Assembly: GCA_046734335.1 (NCBI GenBank) | Contig: JBKPRA010000122.1 | Location: 3,901 to 67,900 of the forward strand | DNA: 64,000 bases | From: Actinomycetota bacterium | Lineage (GTDB): Bacteria; Actinomycetota; Thermoleophilia; Gaiellales; Gaiellaceae | Reading direction: 5' to 3' | Shown here: positions 35,597 to 44,111 of the stretch, one piece after another | Numbering within the stretch: position 1 is the first letter of the stretch | Layout of the letters: each line of letters opens with the position of its first letter | Program-made: the position numbers and the translations under genes | Notes under the pieces: model-generated | Database searches by the model: none | Seen by the model: only the letters and a program-made list of their open reading frames with translations | Told to the model about the DNA's origin: nothing

Positions 35597-36306
35597 GAGG
35601 GAAGCGTAGCCTGGCCGTGATCGACGACGACCAGGCCGTCCGCGACGAGGGACTCGAGCGCCTCGGGGTCGAGCTCGACCGCCCGCGGCTCGGCGGCGAC
35701 GAGGCGGAGCACCTGCGCGCGTCGCTGGCGGAACGAGCCTTCGAAGGGGCCCTGCTTCCGCTCCGGCTCGTATCGGCGGCCGACAGACGGACAGGCGTCG
35801 GCGAGGGGGCAGCCGCCGCACCGTGGAACGCGAGCCAGACAGACCGTCGCGCCGAGGTCGAAGAGCGCCTGCGCCGCCCCGGGGCCGAACTGACCACCCG
35901 TCCGGGAGAGCACCCGGGCGACGTTGACGTCGACCGGCAGGAGCGGCCTGCCGAAGGCGAAGTTCCCGATCGCCGCGGCCGTGTACGGTCCGACGCCGGG
36001 AAGCTCGGTCAGGTCGTCGGGCCACCCGTGCTCGGCAACCAGCCGCGCGGCGCGGTGAAGCGCTACTGCCCGACGGTTGTAGCCGAGCCCCTGCCAGGCG
36101 CGGATCGCGTCCGCCGGCGAAGCGACGGCCAGCGACTCGACCGTGGGCCAGCGCTCCAGCCAATCGAGAAAGCGAGGCACGACCCGCGCGACCTGGGTCT
36201 GCTGGAGCATGATCTCGGAGACCAGGATCGCGTACGGATCACGGGTCCCGCGCCACGGCAGCTTTCGGCCGTGCTCGGCGAACCAGGCGAGCAGGAGCTC
36301 CTCCAT
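35593..36306 (-). CDS. mutY: A/G-specific adenine DNA glycosylase (MutY-like, short form without NUDIX-like C-domain)
   Basis: LPWRGTRDPYAILVSEIMLQQTQV, HhH-GPD LPGVGPYTAAAI, and the Fe-S cluster loop CLARVPRCGGCPLADAC. The start is ATG 36306. Confidence 0.8.
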   Translation of the reverse strand: MEELLLAWFAEHGRKLPWRGTRDPYAILVSEIMLQQTQVARVVPRFLDWLERWPTVESLAVASPADAIRAWQGLGYNRRAVALHRAARLVAEHGWPDDLTELPGVGPYTAAAIGNFAFGRPLLPVDVNVARVLSRTGGQFGPGAAQALFDLGATVCLARVPRCGGCPLADACPSVGRRYEPERKQGPFEGSFRQRRAQVLRLVAAEPRAVELDPEALESLVADGLVVVDHGQATLPS

Positions 36307-36316
36307 GGCGCTGAAG

Positions 36317-37066
36317 CTAGGCGTGGCGCTCGATGAAGTCGAGCGTCCGCTTCCAGGCGTCGTCCGACGCTGCCTGGTACTGGTCCTGTTTGCGGTCGAA
36401 GAAGGAGTGGGGCGCACCTTCGTAGGTGACAATCTCGTGCTCGATCCCGGCAGCGGTCAGCGCGTCGTCGAAGGCGGCGTTCTGCTCGGCTGTGATGTTC
36501 TCGTCGGCACCCGCCTGGAGCGCGAGGATCGGCCCCTTCAGCTCCGTGGCTCGATCGAGCGGGCCCAGCCAGTCGCCTCGGGCGGTCAGACTGCCGTAGA
36601 ACCCGACGGCACCCGCGAGGTCATGGTCGCCGGCGGTGGACAGCCACGAGTTACGACCGCCGAAGCAGAAGCCGACCGTGCAGACGGAGCGGGCGCCGTG
36701 GTCGCGGAGCCAGACGACGGCGACGGCGAGGTCGAGCTGGATCGTTTCGGGATCGGTGAGGCTGACGTGATCCGCGTACTGAAAGTCGTCATCGCGTTTC
36801 GCGACGCCGGCAGTGCGGCCGAAGTAGTCGAACGCGATCGCGACCATGCCGCGCTCGGCGAAGCGGAGCGCGAGCTCCTCGTAGAAGCGGTACAGGCCGC
36901 GCACGTCGGGCAGGATGACGACGCCGTTGTTCGAGGGCGTATCGGGCGTTGCCGCGAATGCCGCGAAGCGATTCCCGTCGGCCGCCTCCAGGACGAGATT
37001 CTCGTAGGAGACCGCCGCGCCGGAGATCGCGACCACCGGCGGCGAGGAGTCGAGGTCGAAGCACAC
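36317..37066 (-). CDS. dienelactone hydrolase family protein
   Basis: VVILPDVRGLYRFYEELALRFAERG and GFCFGG (nucleophile elbow) motifs; 249 aa. A TAGGCT box lies 10 nt upstream of the GTG start. Confidence 0.8.
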   Translation of the reverse strand: MCFDLDSSPPVVAISGAAVSYENLVLEAADGNRFAAFAATPDTPSNNGVVILPDVRGLYRFYEELALRFAERGMVAIAFDYFGRTAGVAKRDDDFQYADHVSLTDPETIQLDLAVAVVWLRDHGARSVCTVGFCFGGRNSWLSTAGDHDLAGAVGFYGSLTARGDWLGPLDRATELKGPILALQAGADENITAEQNAAFDDALTAAGIEHEIVTYEGAPHSFFDRKQDQYQAASDDAWKRTLDFIERHA

Positions 37067-37148
37067 GGCCGTCGGCAGCCTAGCCGTTGTCCACCTGGTT
37101 ACCGGAACGGTTCCCTTTGGACTCGGGCGGTGGGGCTACCTTTGAAGC

Positions 37149-37295
37149 ATGAATGCGCAGTACCTGATGCTGATCGAGCAGCTCGTCCGCGAGGGCCGCC
37201 CCGAGGACGAGATCGAGGCGATCGTGGGCCGGACCGTCGACGAGGACATCGACGTTCTCGAGGACCAGCTCGACGACCTGTCCGCCGCGGCCTAG
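37149..37295 (+). CDS. small acidic hypothetical protein (48 aa)
   Basis: MNAQYLMLIEQLVREGRPEDEIEAIVGRTVDEDIDVLEDQLDDLSAAA. Nearly every codon ends in G/C (coding-like for this genome). A TACCTT box lies exactly 6 nt upstream of the ATG. The ORF is below the length cut-off of the ORF track. Confidence 0.4.
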   Translation: MNAQYLMLIEQLVREGRPEDEIEAIVGRTVDEDIDVLEDQLDDLSAAA

Positions 37296-37900
37296 CGCTC
37301 GCGGCGGTCGAGCGCGTCCCAGAGGCGCGCGACCTCGTCCTCGAGCCTGTCGACCCGGCCCTCTAGGGCGGCGTGCTCGCTACGCGGTTGCTGGACGGGT
37401 TCGGACGTCGGTTCCGGCTGCCCTTGGCCGAGCAGCTGCGCGAACCGTTCGCCCCGCTCGCCGGGTCGGTTGGGACTGTGTGCAGCGAGCTCGCGCTCGA
37501 TCAGGTGGTCCAGCGTCGTCTCGGCCTCGTCCTGTCCGAAGCGGTGTAGCCGGTCCGTTCGCTGCCGGAGCTCTGCCGCGGTCTGCGGCCCACGCAGCAT
37601 CAGCACGGCGAGAAGCGAGAGCTCGGCGTCGTCGAGCGACAGCGCCTGGTCGAGCAGGTGCCGGTACTTCACGGCGCGGCTGCCCGCGCCGCTCGCCAGC
37701 CGCACCCAGCCGCGCCGGGACAGTGCCTCGAGCGCGGCCCGGATCGTCGACTCGTCGTAGTCGACGACGGGGTCGCGGCTCGTCGACTGGTTGCAAGCAA
37801 GCCGCAGCGTGTTCAGCGACAGGGGATACTGGTCGGGAGTCGTCCGCTGCTTCTCGATCAGGCAGCCGAGGACGCGGATCTCTGCTGCGGTCGCATCCAC
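37292..37900 (-). CDS. YceH-like protein (DUF480/UPF0502)
   Basis: ATAAEIRVLGCLIEKQRTTPDQYPLSLNTLRLACNQSTSRDPV matches the YceH N-terminus. The start is moved to GTG 37900 (TACGCT box 6 nt upstream); the table start is 37927. Confidence 0.75.
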   Translation of the reverse strand: MDATAAEIRVLGCLIEKQRTTPDQYPLSLNTLRLACNQSTSRDPVVDYDESTIRAALEALSRRGWVRLASGAGSRAVKYRHLLDQALSLDDAELSLLAVLMLRGPQTAAELRQRTDRLHRFGQDEAETTLDHLIERELAAHSPNRPGERGERFAQLLGQGQPEPTSEPVQQPRSEHAALEGRVDRLEDEVARLWDALDRRER

Positions 37901-37921
37901 ACCGAGAGCGTAAAGCCACAC

Positions 37922-37938
37922 CCCCACCCAGGGTGGGG
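37922..37938. repeat. perfect GC-rich palindrome CCCCACCC-A-GGGTGGGG
   Basis: Read directly. Imperfect relatives occur at 31988-32004 and 63512-63530. Confidence 0.8.
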
Positions 37939-38079
37939 ATCCGTCCCGCCGCCCTCGGAGACGACGATACCGGTTGCCATGTCACGCGGCTGAAACGGGA
38001 CCGCGCCGATCCTGGAACTCTTCGCTCGATCATCTGTGGCCGTTGGTGCTAAGCATCCCGCCGGGACGGGCGGGGGCGT

Positions 38080-38085
38080 TAGGCT
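38080..38085 (+). promoter_or_regulatory. -10-like box TAGGCT, 7 nt upstream of the quinone oxidoreductase GTG
   Basis: ttaggctcgcagacGTGcgc. Confidence 0.4.
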
Positions 38086-38092
38086 CGCAGAC

Positions 38093-39037
38093 GTGCGCGC
38101 GATCGTCGTCACGCGGAGCGGCGGGCCGGAGGTGCTCGAACTCCAGGATCTCGGCGCGCCCGAACCGGGCCCGGGCGAGCTGCTCGTCGACGTCGCGGTC
38201 GCGGGCGTCAACTTCCGCGACATCTACGAGCGGCGCGGCGGCTACGGAGCGGCGACGCCGCTGGTCGCCGGCATCGAGGGCATGGGTCGCGTGGCAGCGC
38301 TCGGTGAAGGCGTCACGGAAGCGGCTGTCGGCGACCGGGTCGCCTGGAACAACGCACAGGGGAGCTACGCGGAGCAGGTCGTGCTCCCTGCCGCCCGAGC
38401 GGTGCCGGTTCCGGACGGGATCGGCGACAAGCTCGCCTGCGCTGCCCTCCTCCAGGGGATGACGGCGCACTACCTGACGCACTCGACGTACCCGGTGCAG
38501 TCGGCCGACGAGGTGCTCGTGCATGCCGCCGCCGGCGGGGCGGGTCGCCTCGTCCTCCAGATGGCCAAGCTGTGTGGGGGGCGGGTGACCGCCACCACCT
38601 CGGGCGGTGAGAAGGCCGAGCTCGCACGCAGCGCCGGAGCCGACGAGGTGATCGGCTACGACGACGTGCCCGAGGGCCGGTTCGCCGTCGTCTACGACGG
38701 GGTCGGCAAGGCCACCTTCGACCGCTCGCTCGCCGCCCTGCGGCCGCGCGGGATGCTCGTCCTCTTCGGCGCTGCCAGCGGCCCGGTGCCGCCGTTCGAG
38801 ATCATGCGCCTGAACTCGGGCTCGACGTTCCTGACCCGGCCGACGCTCGTCCACTACGTCGCAAGTCGCGAAGAGCTGCTCAAACGTGCCGGCGACGTGT
38901 ATTCCTGGATCGACGACGGGTCACTGGACGTCCGCATCGGCGCGATCCAACCGCTCGAGGAGGCGCGTCGTGCCCAGGAGGACCTCGAGTCGCGCCGGAC
39001 GACCGGCAAGCTTCTGCTCAGCGTCGACTCGAACTGA
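38093..39037 (+). CDS. NADPH:quinone oxidoreductase (medium-chain dehydrogenase/reductase family)
   Basis: VRAIVVTRSGGPEVLELQDLGAPEPGPGELLVDVAVAGVNFRD and VLVHAAAGGAGRLVLQMAK motifs. The start is GTG 38093. Confidence 0.85.
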   Translation: MRAIVVTRSGGPEVLELQDLGAPEPGPGELLVDVAVAGVNFRDIYERRGGYGAATPLVAGIEGMGRVAALGEGVTEAAVGDRVAWNNAQGSYAEQVVLPAARAVPVPDGIGDKLACAALLQGMTAHYLTHSTYPVQSADEVLVHAAAGGAGRLVLQMAKLCGGRVTATTSGGEKAELARSAGADEVIGYDDVPEGRFAVVYDGVGKATFDRSLAALRPRGMLVLFGAASGPVPPFEIMRLNSGSTFLTRPTLVHYVASREELLKRAGDVYSWIDDGSLDVRIGAIQPLEEARRAQEDLESRRTTGKLLLSVDSN

Positions 39038-39128
39038 CGGCCCCGGATCCGCTGTTCGGACTGAGGCACCGTCTGTCCTGACAACGTAAGCTTTCCCTCG
39101 AGTCCGAAGGGACGGAGGTTGGTGGTCA

Positions 39129-40412
39129 GTGGCCGCGAGCAGTTCTTGGCTTCGGAAATGGGCGTCACAAGATCGGGGACGCCGACCGGCGGTTGTGCTC
39201 GGCATGTCGGTGACCGGCCTCAGCTACCTGCGCAGCCTTCATCGACGCGGCGTCCCGACCCTGCTGCTCGCTCAGCATGACCCGATCGGGTCGCCCAGCC
39301 GCTTCGAGTGCACCCTCGACCTGCCCGATGTCGTGGAGGAGCCGGACGTCTGGCTGGAGACGCTCGTTGCCGCCGCTGAGCGGTCGGCGCGACGCCCGGT
39401 CCTGCTGGTCGCCTTCGACCAGGCGCTGCTGTTTGCCGGACGGAACGCCGAAAAGCTCAGCCGGTTGTACGACTTCCTGATCCCATCCCTCTCAACGGCA
39501 ACCGACCTCGTCGACAAGCACCGCCAATACCAACTCGCCAAGTCAGCCGGCATCCCCATACCTCGTACTGTCTACCCGCAGAGCGGCGACGAGGCAGTGA
39601 CCCTCGCCGACGAGATCGGCTACCCGTGCCTGCTCAAGCCGCACCAGAGCTACTTCGGCGGCATACGGCTGCGCGCGAAGGTGGCTGTGGCCGACGGGCC
39701 GGCGGAGCTGCGAACTCTTTTCGACCGGCTCGCCGCCGACGGCGTCGAGTGCCTCGTCCAGGAGATCGTTCCCGGAGGCGACGACACGCTCTACGGTTAC
39801 TTGAGCTTCTGGGGCGCCGACGGAAACGAGCTGGCCTGGATCACCAAGCAGAAGTTCCGCCAGAACCCGGCGCGCTTCGGCGAGGGCAGCTACCAGCGCA
39901 CCGTCGAGGCGCCGCAGGTGGCAGAGCTCTCGCGTCAGTTCCTGCGGGCGGTCGGGTACGTCGGTGTCGGTAGCGTCGAGTTCAAGTACGACGCGCGTGA
40001 CGACTCGTATCGCTTGATGGAGGTCAATCCACGCGCTGTCCTGGGTAACCAGCTGGCGATCGCGGCCGGCGTCGACCTTCCGTACCTGAGCTACGCCTAT
40101 CTCGCCGACGGCGCGCTTCCGGCGTGGGAGCAACGCTGGGATGTTCATTGGATCCACGAGCTGAACGACCTGAAGACGCTGCTGCGGGAGCGGCATCCGG
40201 CCGCCGCGATCCACGAGTGGGCGCGCTCGTTGCGCCGCGCGGACACCTACGCATACGGCGCCTGGGACGATCCTGCGCCCCTGCTCGGCGCATTCGCCTC
40301 GACCGCGATCGGGAAGGCCGCCCGCGCGGTCGGCATCCAGTTTCCACGGGGCTACAGCTCGCCGCGACCTCCGGCAGGCATCGGGGTCCCCGCGGCTCGT
40401 GTCGTCGACTGA
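39129..40412 (+). CDS. ATP-grasp domain protein (COG3919-type carboxylate-amine ligase-like)
   Basis: Pre-ATP-grasp N-domain, YPCLLKP, ECLVQEIVPGGDD and YRLMEVNPR motifs; 427 aa. The start is uncertain. Confidence 0.7.
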   Translation: MAASSSWLRKWASQDRGRRPAVVLGMSVTGLSYLRSLHRRGVPTLLLAQHDPIGSPSRFECTLDLPDVVEEPDVWLETLVAAAERSARRPVLLVAFDQALLFAGRNAEKLSRLYDFLIPSLSTATDLVDKHRQYQLAKSAGIPIPRTVYPQSGDEAVTLADEIGYPCLLKPHQSYFGGIRLRAKVAVADGPAELRTLFDRLAADGVECLVQEIVPGGDDTLYGYLSFWGADGNELAWITKQKFRQNPARFGEGSYQRTVEAPQVAELSRQFLRAVGYVGVGSVEFKYDARDDSYRLMEVNPRAVLGNQLAIAAGVDLPYLSYAYLADGALPAWEQRWDVHWIHELNDLKTLLRERHPAAAIHEWARSLRRADTYAYGAWDDPAPLLGAFASTAIGKAARAVGIQFPRGYSSPRPPAGIGVPAARVVD

Positions 40413-40460
40413 AAACAAATCCGTCGACGAACCGCCGGGCCAGCACCGATACTCAGTTGG

Positions 40461-41591
40461 ATGACGGCGCCGACGTCGAGCGAGATCCAGGCTGGCCTGT
40501 CCGAACACCCCGAGGACGAGCTCGTCGAGGCGGAGCTCGAGGGGGCTCGGCGCAAGAAGAAGACAGGCAAGGGGCGGATCGTGGCAATCGTCCTCTCAGT
40601 CGCCGTGATCGCGGGTGTGTTCGCTTTTGCCCTGCCGAGGATCGCCAACTACGGCGACGTCTGGGACGTCGTCAAGGGCATGTCATGGGAGTGGATCAGC
40701 GCACTCGTACTGGCGGTTCTCCTGAACACGGCCACGTATGGGCCGCCGTGGGTGGCTGCATTGCCGGGACTCCGGTACCTGCACGCGACCCGGGTGACGC
40801 TGGCCTCGACGGCGATGACGATGGTGGCTCCCGGCGGTGCAGCAGTGGGAATGGCGACCTCATTCGCGATGCTCAAAGCGTGGGGCTTTCGTGGACGGCC
40901 GGTCGGCCTGGCCGTCGTGGTCACCGGCGTCTGGAACCAGCTCGTCATCCTCGGCATCCCGATCTTCGCGTTCCTCGGAGTCGTCGCCGAGGGGGGAAGC
41001 AACCACACGTTGGAGCTCGTTGCGTTGATCGCGCTGGCAGTCTTCGTCGCGATCGTCGTCGGCTTCGCAATCGGTCTTTCGAGCGAGCGCCTCGCGCGCA
41101 AAGCCGGTGACAGGGCGGCCCGCACGATGACCTGGCTGAAGCGCCTGATCGGGAAGGCTCCGGTCAAATGGAGAGGTGAGTCGTTCGTCCGGTTTCGCGA
41201 GGAGACGATCGAGCTGATTCGCCACCGCTGGGCGTTTCTGACGTTTGCAACCCTGGCGGGGCACCTGACGGTCTTCCTCGTGCTTCTCTTTTCGTTACGC
41301 GCCGTCGGCACGCCGAACACGGAGGTGACATTCGTCGAGGCCTTCGCAGCATGGGCGATCGCGCGTGTGCTCGGCTCGATCCCGATCACGCCGGGCGGCG
41401 TCGGCTTCGTCGAGCTCGGCCTGACGGGCGTGCTGGTCGCGTTCGGAGCCAGCAACGACGAGGCGGTCGCGGCCACGCTGATCTATCGCTTCCTCACCGT
41501 TGTTCCGACGCTGCTCTTCGGACTGGTGGCCGCGGCGACGTGGAAGATGGGGCACCGTCCCCGGGAGGGTGTCGCAGGGTCGACCGCGTGA
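40461..41591 (+). CDS. integral membrane protein, lysylphosphatidylglycerol-synthase TM region / flippase-like (UPF0104)
   Basis: About 8 predicted TM segments, and the C-terminal motif [24 protein letters not shown] typical of the family. Confidence 0.75.
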   Translation: MTAPTSSEIQAGLSEHPEDELVEAELEGARRKKKTGKGRIVAIVLSVAVIAGVFAFALPRIANYGDVWDVVKGMSWEWISALVLAVLLNTATYGPPWVAALPGLRYLHATRVTLASTAMTMVAPGGAAVGMATSFAMLKAWGFRGRPVGLAVVVTGVWNQLVILGIPIFAFLGVVAEGGSNHTLELVALIALAVFVAIVVGFAIGLSSERLARKAGDRAARTMTWLKRLIGKAPVKWRGESFVRFREETIELIRHRWAFLTFATLAGHLTVFLVLLFSLRAVGTPNTEVTFVEAFAAWAIARVLGSIPITPGGVGFVELGLTGVLVAFGASNDEAVAATLIYRFLTVVPTLLFGLVAAATWKMGHRPREGVAGSTA

Positions 41592-42435
41592 CGCCCGTCG
41601 GCGGAATCGAGGCCGGCGGGACGAAGTGGCTGTGCGCGATCGGGACAGGCCCCGACGACCTGGCGGCGACCGAGACGATCCCGACCACCAAACCGGAAGA
41701 GACGATCGGGCGCGCGATCGCGTTCTTCGAGCGCGAGGGGCCTGTTCGGGCGGTCGGGATCGGCTGCTTCGGCCCTATCGACCTGCGGCCCGGGTCGCCG
41801 ACCTGGGGCTCGATCACGACCACGCCCAAGCCCGGCTGGGCGCACACCGAGGTGGCCGGCGTCGTCGGCGGCAGGCTCGGCGTTCCGGTCGCCTTCGACA
41901 CGGAAGTCAACGCCGCCGCACTGGGCGAGCACCGCTGGCGCGCAGCCCTCGGGCTCGACACGTTCTGCTACATCACGGTCGGCATCGGCGGCGGCGCGAT
42001 CGCGGGCGGGCGGATCGTGCAAGGGCTGCTCCACCCGGAGGTCGGGCACATGCGAATTCCGCACGACCTCGACGGCGATCCGTTCCCCGGCTCGTGCCCG
42101 TATCACGGCGACTGCTGGGAGGGCTCGCGGTCGGGCTGGCGATCGAGGCGAGGTGGGGGCGGTCGCCGCGAGAGCTCGTCGCCGAGCGGGCCGTCTGGCG
42201 AGTCGAGGCGTGGTACGTCGCCTTGGGGCTCGTCAAGGTCGTCGCAGTGCTCTCACCGGAGCGGATCGTGCTCGGCGGCGGCGTGATGGAGGTACAGGGT
42301 CTGCTGGCCCTCGTCCGCGCCGAGGTCGCGGAGCTGCTCGCCGGTTACGTGGCGACCGAGATCGCTCCGCCGGCGCTCGGCCCACTGTCGGGCGTTCTTG
42401 GCGCGATCGCGCTGGCTCTCAGTGCTCGACCGTGA
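41588..42435 (+). pseudogene. ROK-family sugar kinase (fructokinase/Mak-like) interrupted by a 1-nt frameshift near 42122-42126
   Basis: The N-terminal part ([11 protein letters not shown]...[10 protein letters not shown]) is in the frame of GTG 41588. The continuation ([12 protein letters not shown]...[11 protein letters not shown]) is in the +1 frame that ends at 42435. One missing base in gagggc(c)tcgcg would restore the protein. Confidence 0.6.
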
Positions 42436-44059
42436 CCAGCGTGCCGATCGGCGTGTACGGCCACACCCTCGCTGCAGCCTCGAGCGGGAGCTCGACGCAG
42501 CCCAGGCTCTGCGGCGTTCCGAATGACGCGCGGTTGAAGGCGTGGATTCCCTCGCCTCCATTGAAGTAGCTGATCCAGCGGATGCCCGGATCGTGGTAGT
42601 GCGAGCCGTCCGGGTTCGTGCCGCTCATCGTGCCGACGGGGATGTGCTCGAAGACCGGGAAGGTGCCGAGCTGGGTGGGTGCGGCGGGAACGCCGGTGTT
42701 CCCGGGCGAGGTGAGGATCAGGTCCCCGTCGTGCCAGAGATTGAGCGACTGGGGCACGGACGAGTGGACGTAGACGTAGCTGTACCCGCCGTCCCGCGGC
42801 TTGCCCGCGATCACGTCGGCGATCAGCGCCCGCCAGACGTCGCGGCCGGCGAACCCGTCGACGGTCAGGCCGTGCTCGTTCTGGAACGCCATGATCGCCC
42901 CGCGGACGATCACGTTGTACGTGCCCGGCTGCCAGAGGCGGGCAAGCTCGGGCGGTACGTTCGGGTAGCGCCAGGCGAAGCGGCCCTGCGGCGGTTCGGC
43001 GGCGGCGGCGAGCTGGGCGGCCATCGTCCGCGGAGCGTCGGACACATCCGCGCGCCACTGCAGCGGCAGGTAGCGAAGGAGCGCCAGCAGTTCCTCCAGG
43101 CGAAGCTCCGATGCTTGCGACGTCGTCCAGCTCAGTGTTCTCGTCGGGTGTCGTGAGCCGCCGACGGCGACGGCGATCGGGAGCTTCAGTTTCACGTGCG
43201 AGTCGAGGCCGAAGCCGTAGCCCCGGGGCCGAAACTCGAGCGTGTGCGCGTCGGTCCGCCGCCAGCGGCCGGGCGTGGGGGGATCGAGCGCCGGAAGCCG
43301 ACGTCCGAGCGTCTTCGCGACCGGGTCCGAGAAGCGCAGGCGGAGGGGAACGGTCGCGGCCAGCTCCTTCCCGGGGGCGGTGGACGGCAGGACCATCGCC
43401 GTCCGTCCGGGCGGAAACCAGGTGACCGCGGTCGGCGCCGGCAGGCGTTCCCAGTCGAGGGCGACCGCGCGGAGGCCCACCGTGCCCGCGTCGCCGAGTC
43501 GGCCGAGGGTGACCGTGCGGGCCGGCCGCGCCAGGTGGATCGTCCGTCGTGGGTGGACGCCGGTCACCTGGACCTCGCGGACGGCGCGGTCGAAGCCGAC
43601 CCGGATCGGGGCGCCGCGCTCGACGCGCAGCCAGCGCGAGGCCAATCGCGCGGTCGGAGCCGTCAGCTCGAGGCGAGCCGTCTGCGTGCGGCCGGCGACC
43701 CAGCTGACCCAACCCGGCCGGCGGAAGGTCGCCTCGGCCACGAGTTGCGTTCCCGCCGGGATTGGACGCGCCGGCCGGAGCGTGCCGCCCGGATGCAACG
43801 TGACGGGGATCTTCGTGCCGGCTGTGTCATGGAGTGTGAGCGCGACGAGGTCTCCCGAGAACCGTGGCTGCTGGACCTCAGGGAGGCCGTTCGCGTCGAC
43901 GCGCAGGCCGCCGCTCGGCCAGGCGAAGAAGGCGAAGGCGAGCGCGCCCAGGCAGAGGACTCCGACCCCGGCCAGCGCCCATGGCCATACGCGCCGCCTC
44001 TGCTGGTTCTTGGCGACGAGTAGCGAGGAGGTGACTCTGGACTGCACGGCTTTCGACAC
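42419..44059 (-). CDS. L,D-transpeptidase family protein (N-terminal TM anchor, Ig-like region, PG-binding domain, YkuD domain)
   Basis: The C-terminal ...HIPVGTMSGTNPDGSHYHDPGIRWISYFNGGEGIHAFNRASFGTPQSLGCVELP carries the catalytic H...SxGC motif. FQNEHGLTVDGFAGRDVW is PG_binding_1-like. The start is GTG 44059 or 44047. Confidence 0.75.
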   Translation of the reverse strand: MSKAVQSRVTSSLLVAKNQQRRRVWPWALAGVGVLCLGALAFAFFAWPSGGLRVDANGLPEVQQPRFSGDLVALTLHDTAGTKIPVTLHPGGTLRPARPIPAGTQLVAEATFRRPGWVSWVAGRTQTARLELTAPTARLASRWLRVERGAPIRVGFDRAVREVQVTGVHPRRTIHLARPARTVTLGRLGDAGTVGLRAVALDWERLPAPTAVTWFPPGRTAMVLPSTAPGKELAATVPLRLRFSDPVAKTLGRRLPALDPPTPGRWRRTDAHTLEFRPRGYGFGLDSHVKLKLPIAVAVGGSRHPTRTLSWTTSQASELRLEELLALLRYLPLQWRADVSDAPRTMAAQLAAAAEPPQGRFAWRYPNVPPELARLWQPGTYNVIVRGAIMAFQNEHGLTVDGFAGRDVWRALIADVIAGKPRDGGYSYVYVHSSVPQSLNLWHDGDLILTSPGNTGVPAAPTQLGTFPVFEHIPVGTMSGTNPDGSHYHDPGIRWISYFNGGEGIHAFNRASFGTPQSLGCVELPLEAAARVWPYTPIGTLVTVEH

Positions 44060-44111
44060 GGTAGCGACTCGTCGGCCGACGTCCAGTCCCGCCGTCGCGC
44101 AAGATGGCCGG

